From Microcystis aeruginosa NIES-843 (GTDB taxonomy: Bacteria > Cyanobacteriota > Cyanobacteriia > Cyanobacteriales > Microcystaceae): a stretch of DNA of 32,000 bases. The translations under genes and the position numbers were made by a program. Numbering within the stretch: position 1 is the first letter of the stretch; each line of letters starts with the position of its first letter. Location of the stretch: positions 3,420,001 to 3,452,000 of the forward strand of contig NC_010296.1 in assembly GCF_000010625.1 (NCBI RefSeq), in the 5' to 3' direction. The notes beneath the pieces were generated by a model, which saw only the letters and a program-made list of their open reading frames with translations, did no database searches and had not been told where the DNA came from. Positions 1 to 9,396 of this stretch are shown here, one piece after another.

Positions 1-812
1 ATATCAGGGTTAACAGCAGTATTGATATCGAGGCGAATTTCTTGCCAATTGCCATCGCGGAATAGTTGGGGTAAAGCTTCGGGATTATAGGGACCACAAC
101 CCACATTTAAAACCAGTTTTTTCGGGGATTTTAGCGCTGTTATCTCTGGGGGAGCATTCCAAGCTAATAAACAAATATTTTTCAAACCAAGCAAACCGTG
201 ATTAGCGACTTGATCATCTAAAATTATCTGGGCTTGGGGATGGGTTTTAATAAAATCTTTTATCGCCTGTTGGAGAGCAGGATGCTGACATTTATTGATG
301 ATAATTAAAGCGGAATCAGACCAGAATTTTTTGGCTAAAAGTAAGGAGATCAAAAGCGATCGATAGTCTTCGGCGGCATCGTAGTAATAAACTCCCAGCT
401 TTTCTTCACTGTTTAATTCTTCGAGATCATCGAAAAAGTTTTCCGTTTCTTGATCGCTTAAAAATATCTGTTCTGATAGTTGAAAATCCTCCAAATCCTC
501 AGATAATATAGTTAGCTTTTCTCCCGATGGATCGTATTTAAAAAAAGCTTCTACGCCATAACCGCAGCGATCGCTATTATCGCAGAAAGCGGCGACTAAA
601 CTACCGCGACGAAAACAACCCACTTGACAGTAAACCTCGTCCGGTTGCAGACAGGCAACGGCGAGATTGAGCAGGGGAAAGAGATTGCGATCGGGATAGG
701 AGGCGGTTTTTTCGCTTAAAAGGGTTAATTGCTCGGAAATAGGCGACATCAAAGGCGATCCCCAATCCTGATACTGTTGGGGCAGTTTTTCTAAGAATTT
801 CTGTAAATCCAT
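1..812 (-). CDS. SAM-dependent methyltransferase-domain protein, first ~270 codons (3' end lies beyond window start)
   Basis: Absent from the ORF track because it runs off the edge. The ATG at 812-810 (minus) opens an unbroken frame to base 1 (MDLQKFLEKLPQQYQDWGSP...). The distal part carries a Gly-rich SAM motif I (KKLVLNVGCGP). The listed 601..822 ORF is an overlapping wrong frame. Confidence 0.6.
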   Translation of the reverse strand, partial: MDLQKFLEKLPQQYQDWGSPLMSPISEQLTLLSEKTASYPDRNLFPLLNLAVACLQPDEVYCQVGCFRRGSLVAAFCDNSDRCGYGVEAFFKYDPSGEKLTILSEDLEDFQLSEQIFLSDQETENFFDDLEELNSEEKLGVYYYDAAEDYRSLLISLLLAKKFWSDSALIIINKCQHPALQQAIKDFIKTHPQAQIILDDQVANHGLLGLKNICLLAWNAPPEITALKSPKKLVLNVGCGPYNPEALPQLFRDGNWQEIRLDINTAVNPD

Positions 813-943
813 GCTCTTGCAAAAGTGACGATCCTCACCCTTAATCATAGATCGTTGTGTTAGGGATGAAGTCACTGCCTTAATTGTGGAAGAGTGCTAA
901 TCTGATCTATTAGCCCATCAGCACAAGTAGACCAACTTCTGAT

Positions 944-2008
944 ATGCCCTACAACTGCTTCCAGATCAAATTTTGGGGAGTACGGGGGAGTATTCCCTGT
1001 CCAGGTTCGGAAACCGTTCGTTATGGTGGTAATACTTCCTGTGTGGAGATGCAAGTCGGTAGAGAAAGATTAATTTTTGACGGTGGTACAGGGTTACGCA
1101 TCCTAGGACAGTCTTTGATGGCAGAAAGTCCAGCGAAAGCCCATTTATTTTTCAGCCACTCCCATTGGGATCATATTCAAGGTTTTCCTTTTTTGGCTCT
1201 TCGGTAATTGTTATGCAATGGACGGGGGTTATAAGGGATGGAACCCTTATATAGAAAGGCATTTAGCGATTTTTGTCAATTATTTTTGATCTAGAGCGAA
1301 CTAATCAATTAAGTCTCTTACCAGATAAGGATTTAGTCGATTTATGACCCCCTATCGAACCATACCAAGTAACGAAGAACCCCTTTTTTTATCCCTGCTT
1401 TTATCCGGGGCAATACTTTTAAAATCTACGCAGTTCCCTCCCCCAACGGGGCAACCATCAAGCAAAAATTACACGATCAGATGTCACATCCCAATTTTCC
1501 CGTGCCTTTGCAGATTATGCGGGCCGATTTAGAATTTTATAATCTAGAAATGGGCGAAACCCTCCACTGTGGGGATGTCACCGTCGAAACCCGTCCTTTA
1601 AATCATCCAGGAGAAGCGGTGGGTTATCGGGTAAATTGGCAGGGTTTATCGGCAGCTTATATTACCGATACCGAACATTTTCCCGATCGCTTTGATGATA
1701 ACGTTCTGGCTTTAGCCCGGCAAGCGGATGTGATGATTATTGATGCTACCTACACCGATGAGGAATACAACGATCCTAAGTATTCTAAGGTGGGTTGGGG
1801 TCATTCCACTTGGCAGCAGGCAGTCAAAATCGCCCGGGCAGCGCAAGTTAAGCAGTTAGTTCTATTTCATCACGATCCCGCCCATAATGACGATTTTCTT
1901 GATCGCATTGGGGAAGAGGCAAGAAAGATTTTCCCTGAAACTATTCTCGCCCGGGAAGGACTTTCGATCGAATTGCGGCCGGGAGATGATCAGATAGATG
2001 AAGTGTAA
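944..2008 (+). pseudogene. MBL-fold metallo-hydrolase gene split by a 187-bp MITE
   Basis: ORF 944..1207 carries the HxHxDH motif (FFSHSHWDHIQGFPF) and then stops inside the insert. The frame resumes at 1390/1391 (FIPAFIRGNTFKIYAV...) and joins ORF 1481..2008 (LFHHDP...). Deleting 1195..1389 (MITE plus one TSD copy, 195 bp) restores a single frame. Confidence 0.85.
1195..1381. mobile_element. 187-bp MITE, copy A (TIR GGCTCTTCG / CGAAGAACC)
   Basis: Terminal inverted repeats GGYTCTTCG. It is flanked by the direct repeat CCTTTTTT (1187-1194 and 1382-1389). A second 187-bp copy lies at 23374..23560. Confidence 0.8.
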
Positions 2009-2134
2009 TCTAAGTCACTGTTCCCCACCATGAAGATAACTGCTGTAGATGGTCAACAGCTTATCTCCGTGAGCGCAGATAGGATAGAATGGTATAACTT
2101 CATCTGGGATTTTCTCTGGTGCTATATTATAAAA

Positions 2135-2833
2135 ATGTCCAATCAATCCTCACCTAACTCCACAGAAATACAAGCAATTTTTGATCAGATCGCTCCCGAA
2201 TATGACCGCCTTAATCAAGAATTAAGTTTAGGATTACACCGCGTCTGGAAATTAATGACAGTCAAGTGGTGTCAACCCGAAAAAGGGGATTTTGCTCTCG
2301 ATATCTGTTGTGGTAGCGGCGACCTGACTAACCTATTATCAAAACAAGTGGGTAAAACCGGCAAAGTGATCGGACTAGATTTTTCCCCACAACAATTAAA
2401 AATCGCCCGTCAACGTTTTAGCGCCACTAATATTAACTGGATGGAAGGGGATGCCCTCAATTTACCCTTTGCCGATTCTAGCTTTGATTGTGCCACTATC
2501 GGCTATGGATTACGCAATGTGGTCGATATTACCCAATGTCTGGGGGAATTATACCGAGTCCTGAAACCGGGTGCTAAAGCGGCGATTCTTGACTTCCATC
2601 AACCTACCCAAACCATCGCCAAACTATTCCAAAACTGGTATCTCGATCATATCGTCGTTCCCGCCGCCGAGCGCTACGGCTTAACTGACCAGTACGCTTA
2701 TATTAGTCCCAGTATCGATCGCTTTCCCCAGGGCCGAGAACAGGTAAAATTAGGCTATCGGTCGGGATTTTCCGGTGCCGTTCACTATCCACTCCTAGCA
2801 GGACTGATGGGAGTGTTAGTCTTGAAGAAATAA
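2135..2833 (+). CDS. menG: demethylphylloquinone/demethylmenaquinone methyltransferase (UbiE/MenG family)
   Basis: Motifs [22 protein letters not shown] and YGLRNV are typical of UbiE/MenG. The ATG at 2135 (MSNQSS...) is preferred over the track start at 2030, whose N-terminal extension looks non-native. Confidence 0.85.
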   Translation: MSNQSSPNSTEIQAIFDQIAPEYDRLNQELSLGLHRVWKLMTVKWCQPEKGDFALDICCGSGDLTNLLSKQVGKTGKVIGLDFSPQQLKIARQRFSATNINWMEGDALNLPFADSSFDCATIGYGLRNVVDITQCLGELYRVLKPGAKAAILDFHQPTQTIAKLFQNWYLDHIVVPAAERYGLTDQYAYISPSIDRFPQGREQVKLGYRSGFSGAVHYPLLAGLMGVLVLKK

Positions 2834-2868
2834 CTTACTCACATTTCCGTTTATTTTTTGCTGCTAAA

Positions 2869-4107
2869 TTGAATCTCCCTACTCTTTGGACATGGATCTT
2901 ACCGCCGATCGCGGGGGCAATTATTGGCTATTTTACGAACGATGTAGCCATAAAAATGCTATTTCGTCCCTACAAGGCGATTTATATCGGTAAGCGTCCT
3001 CTTCCCTTCACTCCGGGGTTAATTCCTCGCAATCAAGATCGATTAGCTGTCCGGGTATCGGATACGATCATGGGTTCCCTGTTAACCCCCGAGGAACTAC
3101 AAAAACTGGCTAAACGACTCCTCGACACCGAAAGGGTACAGGGGGCGATCCTCTGGCTGTTACAATTAGCTTTAAAACAAATAAAAGGCGATCGGCAAGC
3201 AAAAACAGCCGAGATTTTGGCGGCGATTCTTCACGATTTATTCGGGGAATCTTTAGCGAGATTACTAAAAGTTTTAGCCCGACGGCAGGACTTTTTAGAA
3301 AAACAGATCAATCAAATTTTTGATCGCCTAGTCTTAGAATTTTCTCTCAGTGAACAACAGGCGCGACAATTCTCCGATTGGCTATTAGAAACTGTCCTAC
3401 CTGCTGATGTTATCCGTCTAGCTTTAATCGATTTTTTAACCGATCGCAATATTCAAGTTATCGATGAAGGATTTCGGGAAAAAACCAGTGGAACCTATTG
3501 GGTAGTAGCCAATTTATTCGGTTTACGCAATGCCCTCGCCCGCTTACGCACTTTTTGCCTTGATGAAAAGGATTTAGCTAATACCAGAATCAAAGAATTA
3601 TTACTATCTTTAGAGATGCGTAATCGTCTGAAAAACTGGTTACAAAGTATCTCTTTACAAAATTTACCTATCTCCACCGTCAGACAATTGCGTAAAACCA
3701 CCAGGGATACGGTGCGAATTTATATTCAAGAAAGTGGCGAACAATTTCTGCAAGATTTTGGACAAACGATCGACTGGGATCAAATCGCTAATTTAATTAT
3801 TAATCGTCTGCAATCCTCGGTGTCAATGACTACATCATTAGGGGTAATTAGTCAAGAGTTAGCGTTAATTTTAGAGCGTTATTTAGAGGAAGATTTAGAG
3901 AAATTAGTCGCCCAAATTATCCCGATTCTCAACATCGATCAGGTGATCCGCGATCGGGTGAATGCCACTTCCCCCGCCGATCTGGAAAATGCTATTCAAG
4001 GCATTGTTAAACAGGAATTACAGGGAATTGTTAATCTCGGTGGTATTCTCGGTCTTCTAGTCGGACTAATGCAAACAATTATTTTAATCGCACAGAATCC
4101 GGGGTAA
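2869..4107 (+). CDS. DUF445-family membrane protein
   Basis: 412-aa ORF with a TTG start. N-terminus [18 protein letters not shown]...[10 protein letters not shown] and a C-terminal TM ([18 protein letters not shown]) match the DUF445/UPF0754 pattern recalled from memory. Confidence 0.65.
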   Translation: MNLPTLWTWILPPIAGAIIGYFTNDVAIKMLFRPYKAIYIGKRPLPFTPGLIPRNQDRLAVRVSDTIMGSLLTPEELQKLAKRLLDTERVQGAILWLLQLALKQIKGDRQAKTAEILAAILHDLFGESLARLLKVLARRQDFLEKQINQIFDRLVLEFSLSEQQARQFSDWLLETVLPADVIRLALIDFLTDRNIQVIDEGFREKTSGTYWVVANLFGLRNALARLRTFCLDEKDLANTRIKELLLSLEMRNRLKNWLQSISLQNLPISTVRQLRKTTRDTVRIYIQESGEQFLQDFGQTIDWDQIANLIINRLQSSVSMTTSLGVISQELALILERYLEEDLEKLVAQIIPILNIDQVIRDRVNATSPADLENAIQGIVKQELQGIVNLGGILGLLVGLMQTIILIAQNPG

Positions 4108-4110
4108 TAA

Positions 4111-4242
4111 TTAGGGTCTGCTGAAAAAGTTTGTTGGTGGGGGCAGGGTGTGGGGTGTGGGGTGTAGGGTGTGGGGTGTGAATTTTCCCCCTGAAAAAGC
4201 CTTAATCTAACAAGGTTTTTAGATTTATTCAGCAAGCCCTAA
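4111..4242 (+). mobile_element. MITE with internal GGGTGTG heptad array (family 2, copy 1)
   Basis: TIRs TTAGGGTCTGCTGAA (4111-) and TTCAGCAAGCCCTAA (-4242). Internal (GGGTGTG)x5 at 4146-4180. Related copies lie at 8993..9197 and 27111..27265. Confidence 0.6.
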
Positions 4243-4461
4243 TTAGGGTTTGCGGCAAAAAGTACGGGCGAAGCATTCGGGCAATAACCTATCGGTGAAA
4301 CCGTAGATTTTTTATCCGAATGCTTCGCCCCTACAGGACGCGGGCCGATGAAGACGCAAGGTTTTGAAGCACGATTCTCTCAAAATCTTGCACCTGTTTC
4401 GCGAGAAAAGCCACAAAACCCTTACCTTGCCTACATTTCACCTTTATTCAGCACACCCTAA
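4243..4461 (+). mobile_element. MITE family 2-related element abutting the previous copy
   Basis: Starts TTAGGGTTTGCGGCAAAAAG and ends TTATTCAGCACACCCTAA. It contains a perfect 15-bp hairpin, GGGCGAAGCATTCGG ... CCGAATGCTTCGCCC (about 4265-4331). Confidence 0.55.
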
Positions 4462-4509
4462 TTAGGTGGGTTAAACTAAGTTAAACACCCGCAATTATCC
4501 CGTTTATTT

Positions 4510-5232
4510 TTAAGGTAAAATCAAAAAACTTCCCTGACAGAAAAGAGTTTGATCGTCAAGAATAAAAGATTTAATCTCCACATCTTTGCCTAAATCGACG
4601 GTAAAGGGTTGCAAATCAATAGATAAATCTGGGGCTAAACCTTGCCATTGTCGGGGACTAATCCCTAAAGTGCGGGCATCTTCTAGGGTAATATCAGCGC
4701 TAAAAATTACTTCCGCACCTGTTTCTCTGTGGCCGAGAAGACAGAAATAACCCTGATTTAAGAGAACATTTTTCCAGTTAAAACGCTGTTGTGAGATAAT
4801 TTCTCTGGCGTTAACAACTCCGTTATTTTCTAGGGAAAAAATTAGTAAATCGGCCAAAGCATTAACTAAAATAGTCGAGGCGATCGAATTATTTAAATCC
4901 TGCTCGTTAATTTCTACCTCACCGCTAACCCGAATAGGTTCCAAAATTTTTAGGGGTTTCCCTCGCAAAACCTGCCCGATATTAAGACGGATATTTTCCC
5001 CTCTTAATTGCGCTTTACCCAGATGTAAACCCTGATAAATCGCTTTTCCTACGGCTAAAAATACCCCGGGGATATAACCGCGCAAAATTTGCCGATCATG
5101 ACCTTGCAGCTGCATTTCTAAATCTTCTATCTGTTCTACTTGCGTTCTTAAGAACAGACGTACTGCTGTCGGCAAAACCTTACTAATAATCTCACTTTGA
5201 GTATTGACCCACATAAACGTTATCTCACTCAC
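4510..5232 (-). CDS. DUF2993 (LmeA-like)-family protein
   Basis: 240-aa ORF. The pattern LRGKPLKILEPIRVSGEVEINEQDLNNSIAS resembles cyanobacterial DUF2993 proteins. Assigned from memory, not from a search. Confidence 0.5.
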   Translation of the reverse strand: MSEITFMWVNTQSEIISKVLPTAVRLFLRTQVEQIEDLEMQLQGHDRQILRGYIPGVFLAVGKAIYQGLHLGKAQLRGENIRLNIGQVLRGKPLKILEPIRVSGEVEINEQDLNNSIASTILVNALADLLIFSLENNGVVNAREIISQQRFNWKNVLLNQGYFCLLGHRETGAEVIFSADITLEDARTLGISPRQWQGLAPDLSIDLQPFTVDLGKDVEIKSFILDDQTLFCQGSFLILP

Positions 5233-5333
5233 TCCACAATGTTTCTAATTGTAACAGAGCTAGATCGATCGAACCATGAGGGGCTGCCGTCAGGTATCAG
5301 TTATAGGTAAAAACTTCGCTACTTTCTTTTCAC

Positions 5334-5368
5334 TGATTACTGATTACTGATTACTGATTACTGATCAC
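5334..5368. repeat. tandem heptamer (TGATTAC)x4 + TGATCAC
   Basis: Direct reading of the sequence. Confidence 0.95.
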
Positions 5369-5385
5369 TGAAAAGCCGCTAATTT

Positions 5386-6192
5386 TTAGGTTTTTGAGGC
5401 GTTGAGGGAATTAAAACGAGGGGAAAGATAGGCGACTAAAACCCCAAGGGCAAAACCGATTAAATTGCGGAAAAGGGGCAGTAATTCACTGGTGCGAGTA
5501 ACCACCGGTCCAATGCCAAAAGCAACAAAGAGGATAAACCAGAGGGGAGAGACAATTAAAACCCATTGCCAAGCGAAAACCTGTCCTTCTTTGCGGGGAA
5601 TACCGGCAAAACCGAAGACTAAACCGCCGACAATTGAGGTAATTAAAGTTAAAATCCACTGTTCCCTCGGTAAACCGGGGACTACCGCACAACCACCTTT
5701 AACTAAACAGCCTTTTACCGTGTCTAAGGATTGTACGATCGCATTATTTTCGCCATTTTCCCGGACAAAATACATATTACCGAAACGGGCCTGTAACTCG
5801 ATCCAAAAAGTGCGGGGTAAAAATTCATAGACGGCATCGCCAATACTAAAAGATAGTAGATTACCCCCCCGACCATCGGCCACTAAGAGAATACTTTTAT
5901 CATCCAATCCCCAGAAATTAATCACTGCCCGGCCAGGGCTGCGGTCATATTGGGTTAAAACTCGCATTTTCCAGCCCGTTTCCCCTTGAAATGTCTCGAT
6001 ATCTCGGATTAATGCTTCTTCCTGTTTTGCGGGTAGATAATTGGCTAAATCAACGATCGGAGTGGCTTGATTGGGCAGTAATTCGGGATTATTCACCGCT
6101 AGAGCTTGATTTGGGCAGATAATCCAACCAAGACAGCTAATGACACCAATTACAAGAGCGATCGAGATTCCTCGGCAAAAACGATTGAGCAT
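5386..6192 (-). CDS. TPM-domain (TLP18.3/Psb32-like) membrane protein
   Basis: Signal/anchor N-terminus, a TPM-like core (LPAKQEEALIRDIETFQGETGWKMRVLT...), and C-terminal TM helices. ATG at 6192; the track's TTG at 6225 is an alternative start. Confidence 0.6.
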   Translation of the reverse strand: MLNRFCRGISIALVIGVISCLGWIICPNQALAVNNPELLPNQATPIVDLANYLPAKQEEALIRDIETFQGETGWKMRVLTQYDRSPGRAVINFWGLDDKSILLVADGRGGNLLSFSIGDAVYEFLPRTFWIELQARFGNMYFVRENGENNAIVQSLDTVKGCLVKGGCAVVPGLPREQWILTLITSIVGGLVFGFAGIPRKEGQVFAWQWVLIVSPLWFILFVAFGIGPVVTRTSELLPLFRNLIGFALGVLVAYLSPRFNSLNASKT

Positions 6193-6302
6193 AGCACTTC
6201 TAGACAATGAGAATTTTTTCAGCAAGGGTGTAGGCTAACTTTCAGTTTCTTTACACTTATTTACTTTATCTTAAGGGAATTCTCAACTTTAGTCACCCAG
6301 TT

Positions 6303-6346
6303 ATCAGGAGTCGGTCATCAGGAGTCGGTCATCAGGAGTCAGGAGT
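6303..6346. repeat. tandem 14-mer ATCAGGAGTCGGTC (~2.7 units) followed by G/T-rich degenerate repeats
   Basis: Direct reading of the sequence. Confidence 0.9.
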
Positions 6347-6438
6347 TGAGAGTTGGGGTTTTAGGGAGTTGGGGTATTAGTTGAAATTCCCCTATCTCCC
6401 CACTCCCCCATTTCCCCACACCCCACTGCCCCATCTGC

Positions 6439-6804
6439 TTAACTGCGTTTCCAAGTATTCCAAGCGACTTTAAAACCGATCAAGAGGCGACGGCTGCCAC
6501 GATCGAGCTTGCTAAGACCAGCTTTAGCACTACCGAGACTGCGATCGACTCCTTGGACAACTTGGCGGGTACTTTTGACCCCTTCATCGATATTGTCGGT
6601 TAATTCGCTGATTTCCGCCCCTGTTAGGCGAATTGCTTCTAGAGTCGGGGGAAATTCCCGATGGAGGGTATCGAATAATTTTTCGGCACTGCGGGCTGCC
6701 CGGGCTAACTCTTGCAGAGCAGGTAAAGCGGCGATGAAAACCGCCGTTAAACTAACGGCGACTAGCAGTAAAGAACATCCTAGCCAGAAAATAGGTTCGG
6801 TCAT
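6439..6804 (-). CDS. DUF948-family membrane-anchored protein
   Basis: 121 aa with an N-terminal TM followed by a helical region. Its start ATG (6804-6802) directly follows the upstream gene's stop (TAA-ATG), which implies an operon with ytxH-like. Confidence 0.55.
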   Translation of the reverse strand: MTEPIFWLGCSLLLVAVSLTAVFIAALPALQELARAARSAEKLFDTLHREFPPTLEAIRLTGAEISELTDNIDEGVKSTRQVVQGVDRSLGSAKAGLSKLDRGSRRLLIGFKVAWNTWKRS

Positions 6805-7164
6805 TTAGTAGTGATTCGAGTGTTGATTATCGCCCTGGGGGGATTCTTGCGAGTCAGGGGAGGGATTGTCCGTGGCTAGACTTTGACTAGCTTCGATTCC
6901 GGCTGTCACCGCCTCTTTTAATCTCATTAAAGTATCATCCCAATTACGCCTGGCTGATTCCGATAGGCGATCGGCCTGCAATTGCATCGTCGTGGTCAGA
7001 TCTTCGGCTAATTCAGGCAAAGCCCGCGCGGATTTTTGCAGAATTCGACGGGTTTCTTTTCCAGATCTGGGCGCTACTAATAAACCCGCCACTGCCCCGA
7101 TCGCACTGCCCACTAAAACCCCGACGACGAATAAGCCACCGTTACCGTTATTGTTATCTGCCAT
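6805..7164 (-). CDS. YtxH-domain protein
   Basis: Gly-rich TM (GGLFVVGVLVGSAIGAVAGLLVAPRSGKETR) is the YtxH signature. The ATG at 7164 (MADNNNG) is preferred over the track start at 7203. Confidence 0.65.
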   Translation of the reverse strand: MADNNNGNGGLFVVGVLVGSAIGAVAGLLVAPRSGKETRRILQKSARALPELAEDLTTTMQLQADRLSESARRNWDDTLMRLKEAVTAGIEASQSLATDNPSPDSQESPQGDNQHSNHY

Positions 7165-7351
7165 AGGATTGCCCTTGTACTTAATTCCCAATTTTACGAG
7201 CAATTACACTTCTCTTGTGCAGTTTCTTCGGCAAAAATTTTGACCTGTTGCTCTTGGTAAGCAAAAACAGACCTAGAAGGGATAACTTGAGAAAAAACTA
7301 GCGATCGGGTAAGACCTGATTTTATGGCTGACTTTGAGCCAATAAGGAAGT

Positions 7352-7431
7352 GAAAAAGAAGAACCTCTGGGAGTCTTGCCGTGTTTCGACCCCAAAGGTT
7401 CCTCTTATGCTGAACTTATACTCCTCACACG
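7352..7431 (-). ncRNA. candidate ~80-nt sRNA, or attenuating leader of the ytxH operon
   Basis: Lies downstream of a TTGACA-N18-TAATAT promoter. It ends in an 11-bp hairpin (7401-7391 / 7371-7361) followed by UUCUUUUU. The single imperfect stem position is a U-G wobble on the minus strand but a C-A mismatch on the plus strand. Confidence 0.35.
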
Positions 7432-7437
7432 ATATTT

Positions 7438-7467
7438 ATATTACACACAATCCGCTGCTTTTGTCAA
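7438..7467 (-). promoter_or_regulatory. sigma70-type promoter (TTGACA 7467-7462, TAATAT 7443-7438)
   Basis: Consensus -35 hexamer and a 5/6 match at -10, with an 18-nt spacer, read on the minus strand. Confidence 0.4.
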
Positions 7468-7551
7468 GGGGTTTATGAAATTTTTTCCATAGACTTCTGG
7501 CCAAATTAATTTTTTAGGGTCGGTAGGCGCTCTTGCCGGGGACGGCTATCA

Positions 7552-8874
7552 TCGAAAATTTGGGTCTGAAACCCCGTCGTTCTACGACGGCTTTACTGTT
7601 AAATATTAGCACATTTACGAAATATATGCTAAAATGTGAGGTATGGAAAAAGCCTATTCGTTTCGATTTTACCCAACACCAGAACAAGAGTGGCTATTGC
7701 GGCGCACATTGGGCTGTGTAAGATTAGTTTACAACAAAGCTCTCCACGAACGAACACAAGCTTGGTACGAAAAGCAAGAAAGAGTAGGCTACGCTCAAAC
7801 TTCTTCAATGCTAACCCATTGGAAAAAACAAGAAGAATTAAACTTTTTAAACGAAGTAAGCTGTGTACCTTTACAACAAGGGTTAAGACACCTACAAACA
7901 GCTTTTACTAATTTCTTTGCTGGTCGTACTAAGTATCCTAACTTTAAGAAAAAACATCAAGGAGGAAGTGCTGAATTTACTAAATCTGCTTTTAAGTTCA
8001 AAGACAAACAAATCTATTTAGCCAAATGCACAGAACCTTTACCTATTCGATGGTCAAGACAAATACCAGAAGCTTGTGAACCAAGTACAGTAACGGTCAG
8101 ATTACATCCTTCTGGACGTTGGCATATCTCAATAAGATTTGATGACCCAACGATTAAGCCATTACCAGTAACAGATAAAGCCATTGGAATTGACTTAGGA
8201 ATTAGTAGCCTCGTGATTACCAGCGATGGTGACAAAGTATCTAATCCTGAGCATTTTAACAAGCATTATCGGAGACTGCGAAGAGCATCTAAAAGTCTTT
8301 CTCGAAAACAGAAAGGGTCAAAAAATCGGGAAAAAGCGAGAATCAAAGTAGCAAGGATTCACGCTCAAATTACTGATAGTAGAAAAGACCATTTACATAA
8401 GCTAACCACTCAATTAGTTCGTGAAAACCAAACGGTTGTGGTTGAGAATTTAGCCGTCAAGAATATGGTCAAAAACCCCAAGTTATCTCAGGCAATATCT
8501 GATGTAAGTTGGGGAGAAATCACTCGACAATTAGCCTATAAATGCCGTTGGTATGGGAGAAATTACATCGAAATAGATAGATGGTTTCCTAGCTCTAAAA
8601 GGTGTAGTAATTGTGGGTATATTGCCCTTGAAAATGCCGTTAAATGTTCGAGAATGGGACTGTCCAGACTGTGGGACTCACCATGACCGAGATATTAACG
8701 CCAGTAAAAACATTTTGGCCGCAGGGCTTGCGGTGTCAGTCTGTAGAGCGACCATAAGACCAGAACAGAGTAAATCTGTTAAGGCAGGTGCGAAAAATCC
8801 TTCGGGAAAGAAGCAGAAACCTAAATCGTGAGGTTTGGGAATCACCGTCCGTTTACGGCGGTGAGGATGTCAAA
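7552..8874 (+). mobile_element. IS200/IS605-family, tnpB-only (IS1341-type) element, copy 1
   Basis: The LE has the subterminal hairpin CCGTCGTTCTACGACGG. The RE has the hairpin CACCGTCCGTTTACGGCGGTG and ends GGATGTCAAA. No tnpA and no TIRs are present. Ends were defined by where homology among the three copies stops. Confidence 0.8.
7643..8831 (+). pseudogene. tnpB: tnpB (RNA-guided endonuclease), +1 frameshift near 8622-8640
   Basis: The 347-aa ORF and the 72-aa ORF (8613..8831) together match the intact 395-aa copy. Here ATTGCCCTTGAAAATGCCG (19 nt) replaces ATTGTGAAAAAGCTGCCG (18 nt). The second CxxC and the RuvC-III HDRD motif are therefore out of frame. Confidence 0.85.
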
Positions 8875-8992
8875 CTAAATCACTGGTTAAGACTGTCTAT
8901 GAGCGCCGGAGCTGCGGAGCGGGGAGAGGTAGTTTGAGCATTTGTACTAAAATTCTCAAGAGGCAGTTTAAATACAGTAAGCTAAGACGTAC

Positions 8993-9197
8993 TTAGGGTT
9001 TGCTGAAAAAGTTTTTCGTGGGGATAGGGTGTGGGGTGTGGGGTTTTACCGATTTTGAGGGGGTCAATTACCTAATTTTCAGGGAAAAAGTACCTGAATT
9101 TTACCCCCGATCACTCCAATGGTTGGCACTTTTTGAGGGAAAAAAAGTCTAAAAGTCTTACCCAACAAGGTTTTTAGATTTATTCAGCAAACCCTAC
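8993..9197 (+). mobile_element. MITE family 2, copy 2
   Basis: TIRs TTAGGGTTTGCTGAAAAAG / TTTATTCAGCAAACCCTA, with an internal GGGTGTG repeat (about 9028-9046). Confidence 0.55.
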
Positions 9198-9396
9198 TTA
9201 AACTGCTTATTCTTAGATTAGCCCAATCTCCCCCCCCCAACCCTATAGGGTTGATTCATTTAAATTAAGTACAGCGGATTTTGAGTCAATAAATTTGAAT
9301 GAAAATTCTCAAGTTTATCTTTTTCTAATCAAAAGAGTTAGTGACAATAACTAATCTTTAATCCTCTGCCAATATTGATTATGAATAAATTGATAA

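Noticed and set aside
601-822. 73-aa track ORF
   Set aside because: It is an alternative frame that overlaps the much longer edge-truncated methyltransferase frame (1..812), and its composition is Arg/Ser-rich.
1344-1532. 62-aa ORF spanning the MITE end and the MBL gene
   Set aside because: It starts inside the MITE and reads the hydrolase out of frame, so it is an artefact of the insertion.
2030-2134. N-terminal extension of menG from the track start
   Set aside because: The extension (MKITAVDGQQLISVSADRIEWYNFIWDFLWCYIIK) is not UbiE/MenG-like. The conserved protein starts at the ATG at 2135.
4146-4180. The short tandem arrays here and at 5334-5368, 6303-6346, 17835-17992, 25019-25086 and 26349-26385, considered as CRISPR arrays
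   Set aside because: The units are 7-15 nt and directly tandem, with no unique spacers, and no cas genes are in the window.
7361-7445. Plus-strand Yfr1 gene call based on the exact ACTCCTCACAC 11-mer at 7420-7430
   Set aside because: Yfr1 has the motif in a 16-20 nt unpaired segment between a short 5' helix and a GC-rich terminator. Here no terminator follows on the plus strand, and the upstream hairpin is 18 nt from the motif and contains a C-A mismatch in that orientation. No plus-strand promoter is evident. It is kept only as part of the minus-strand sRNA finding.
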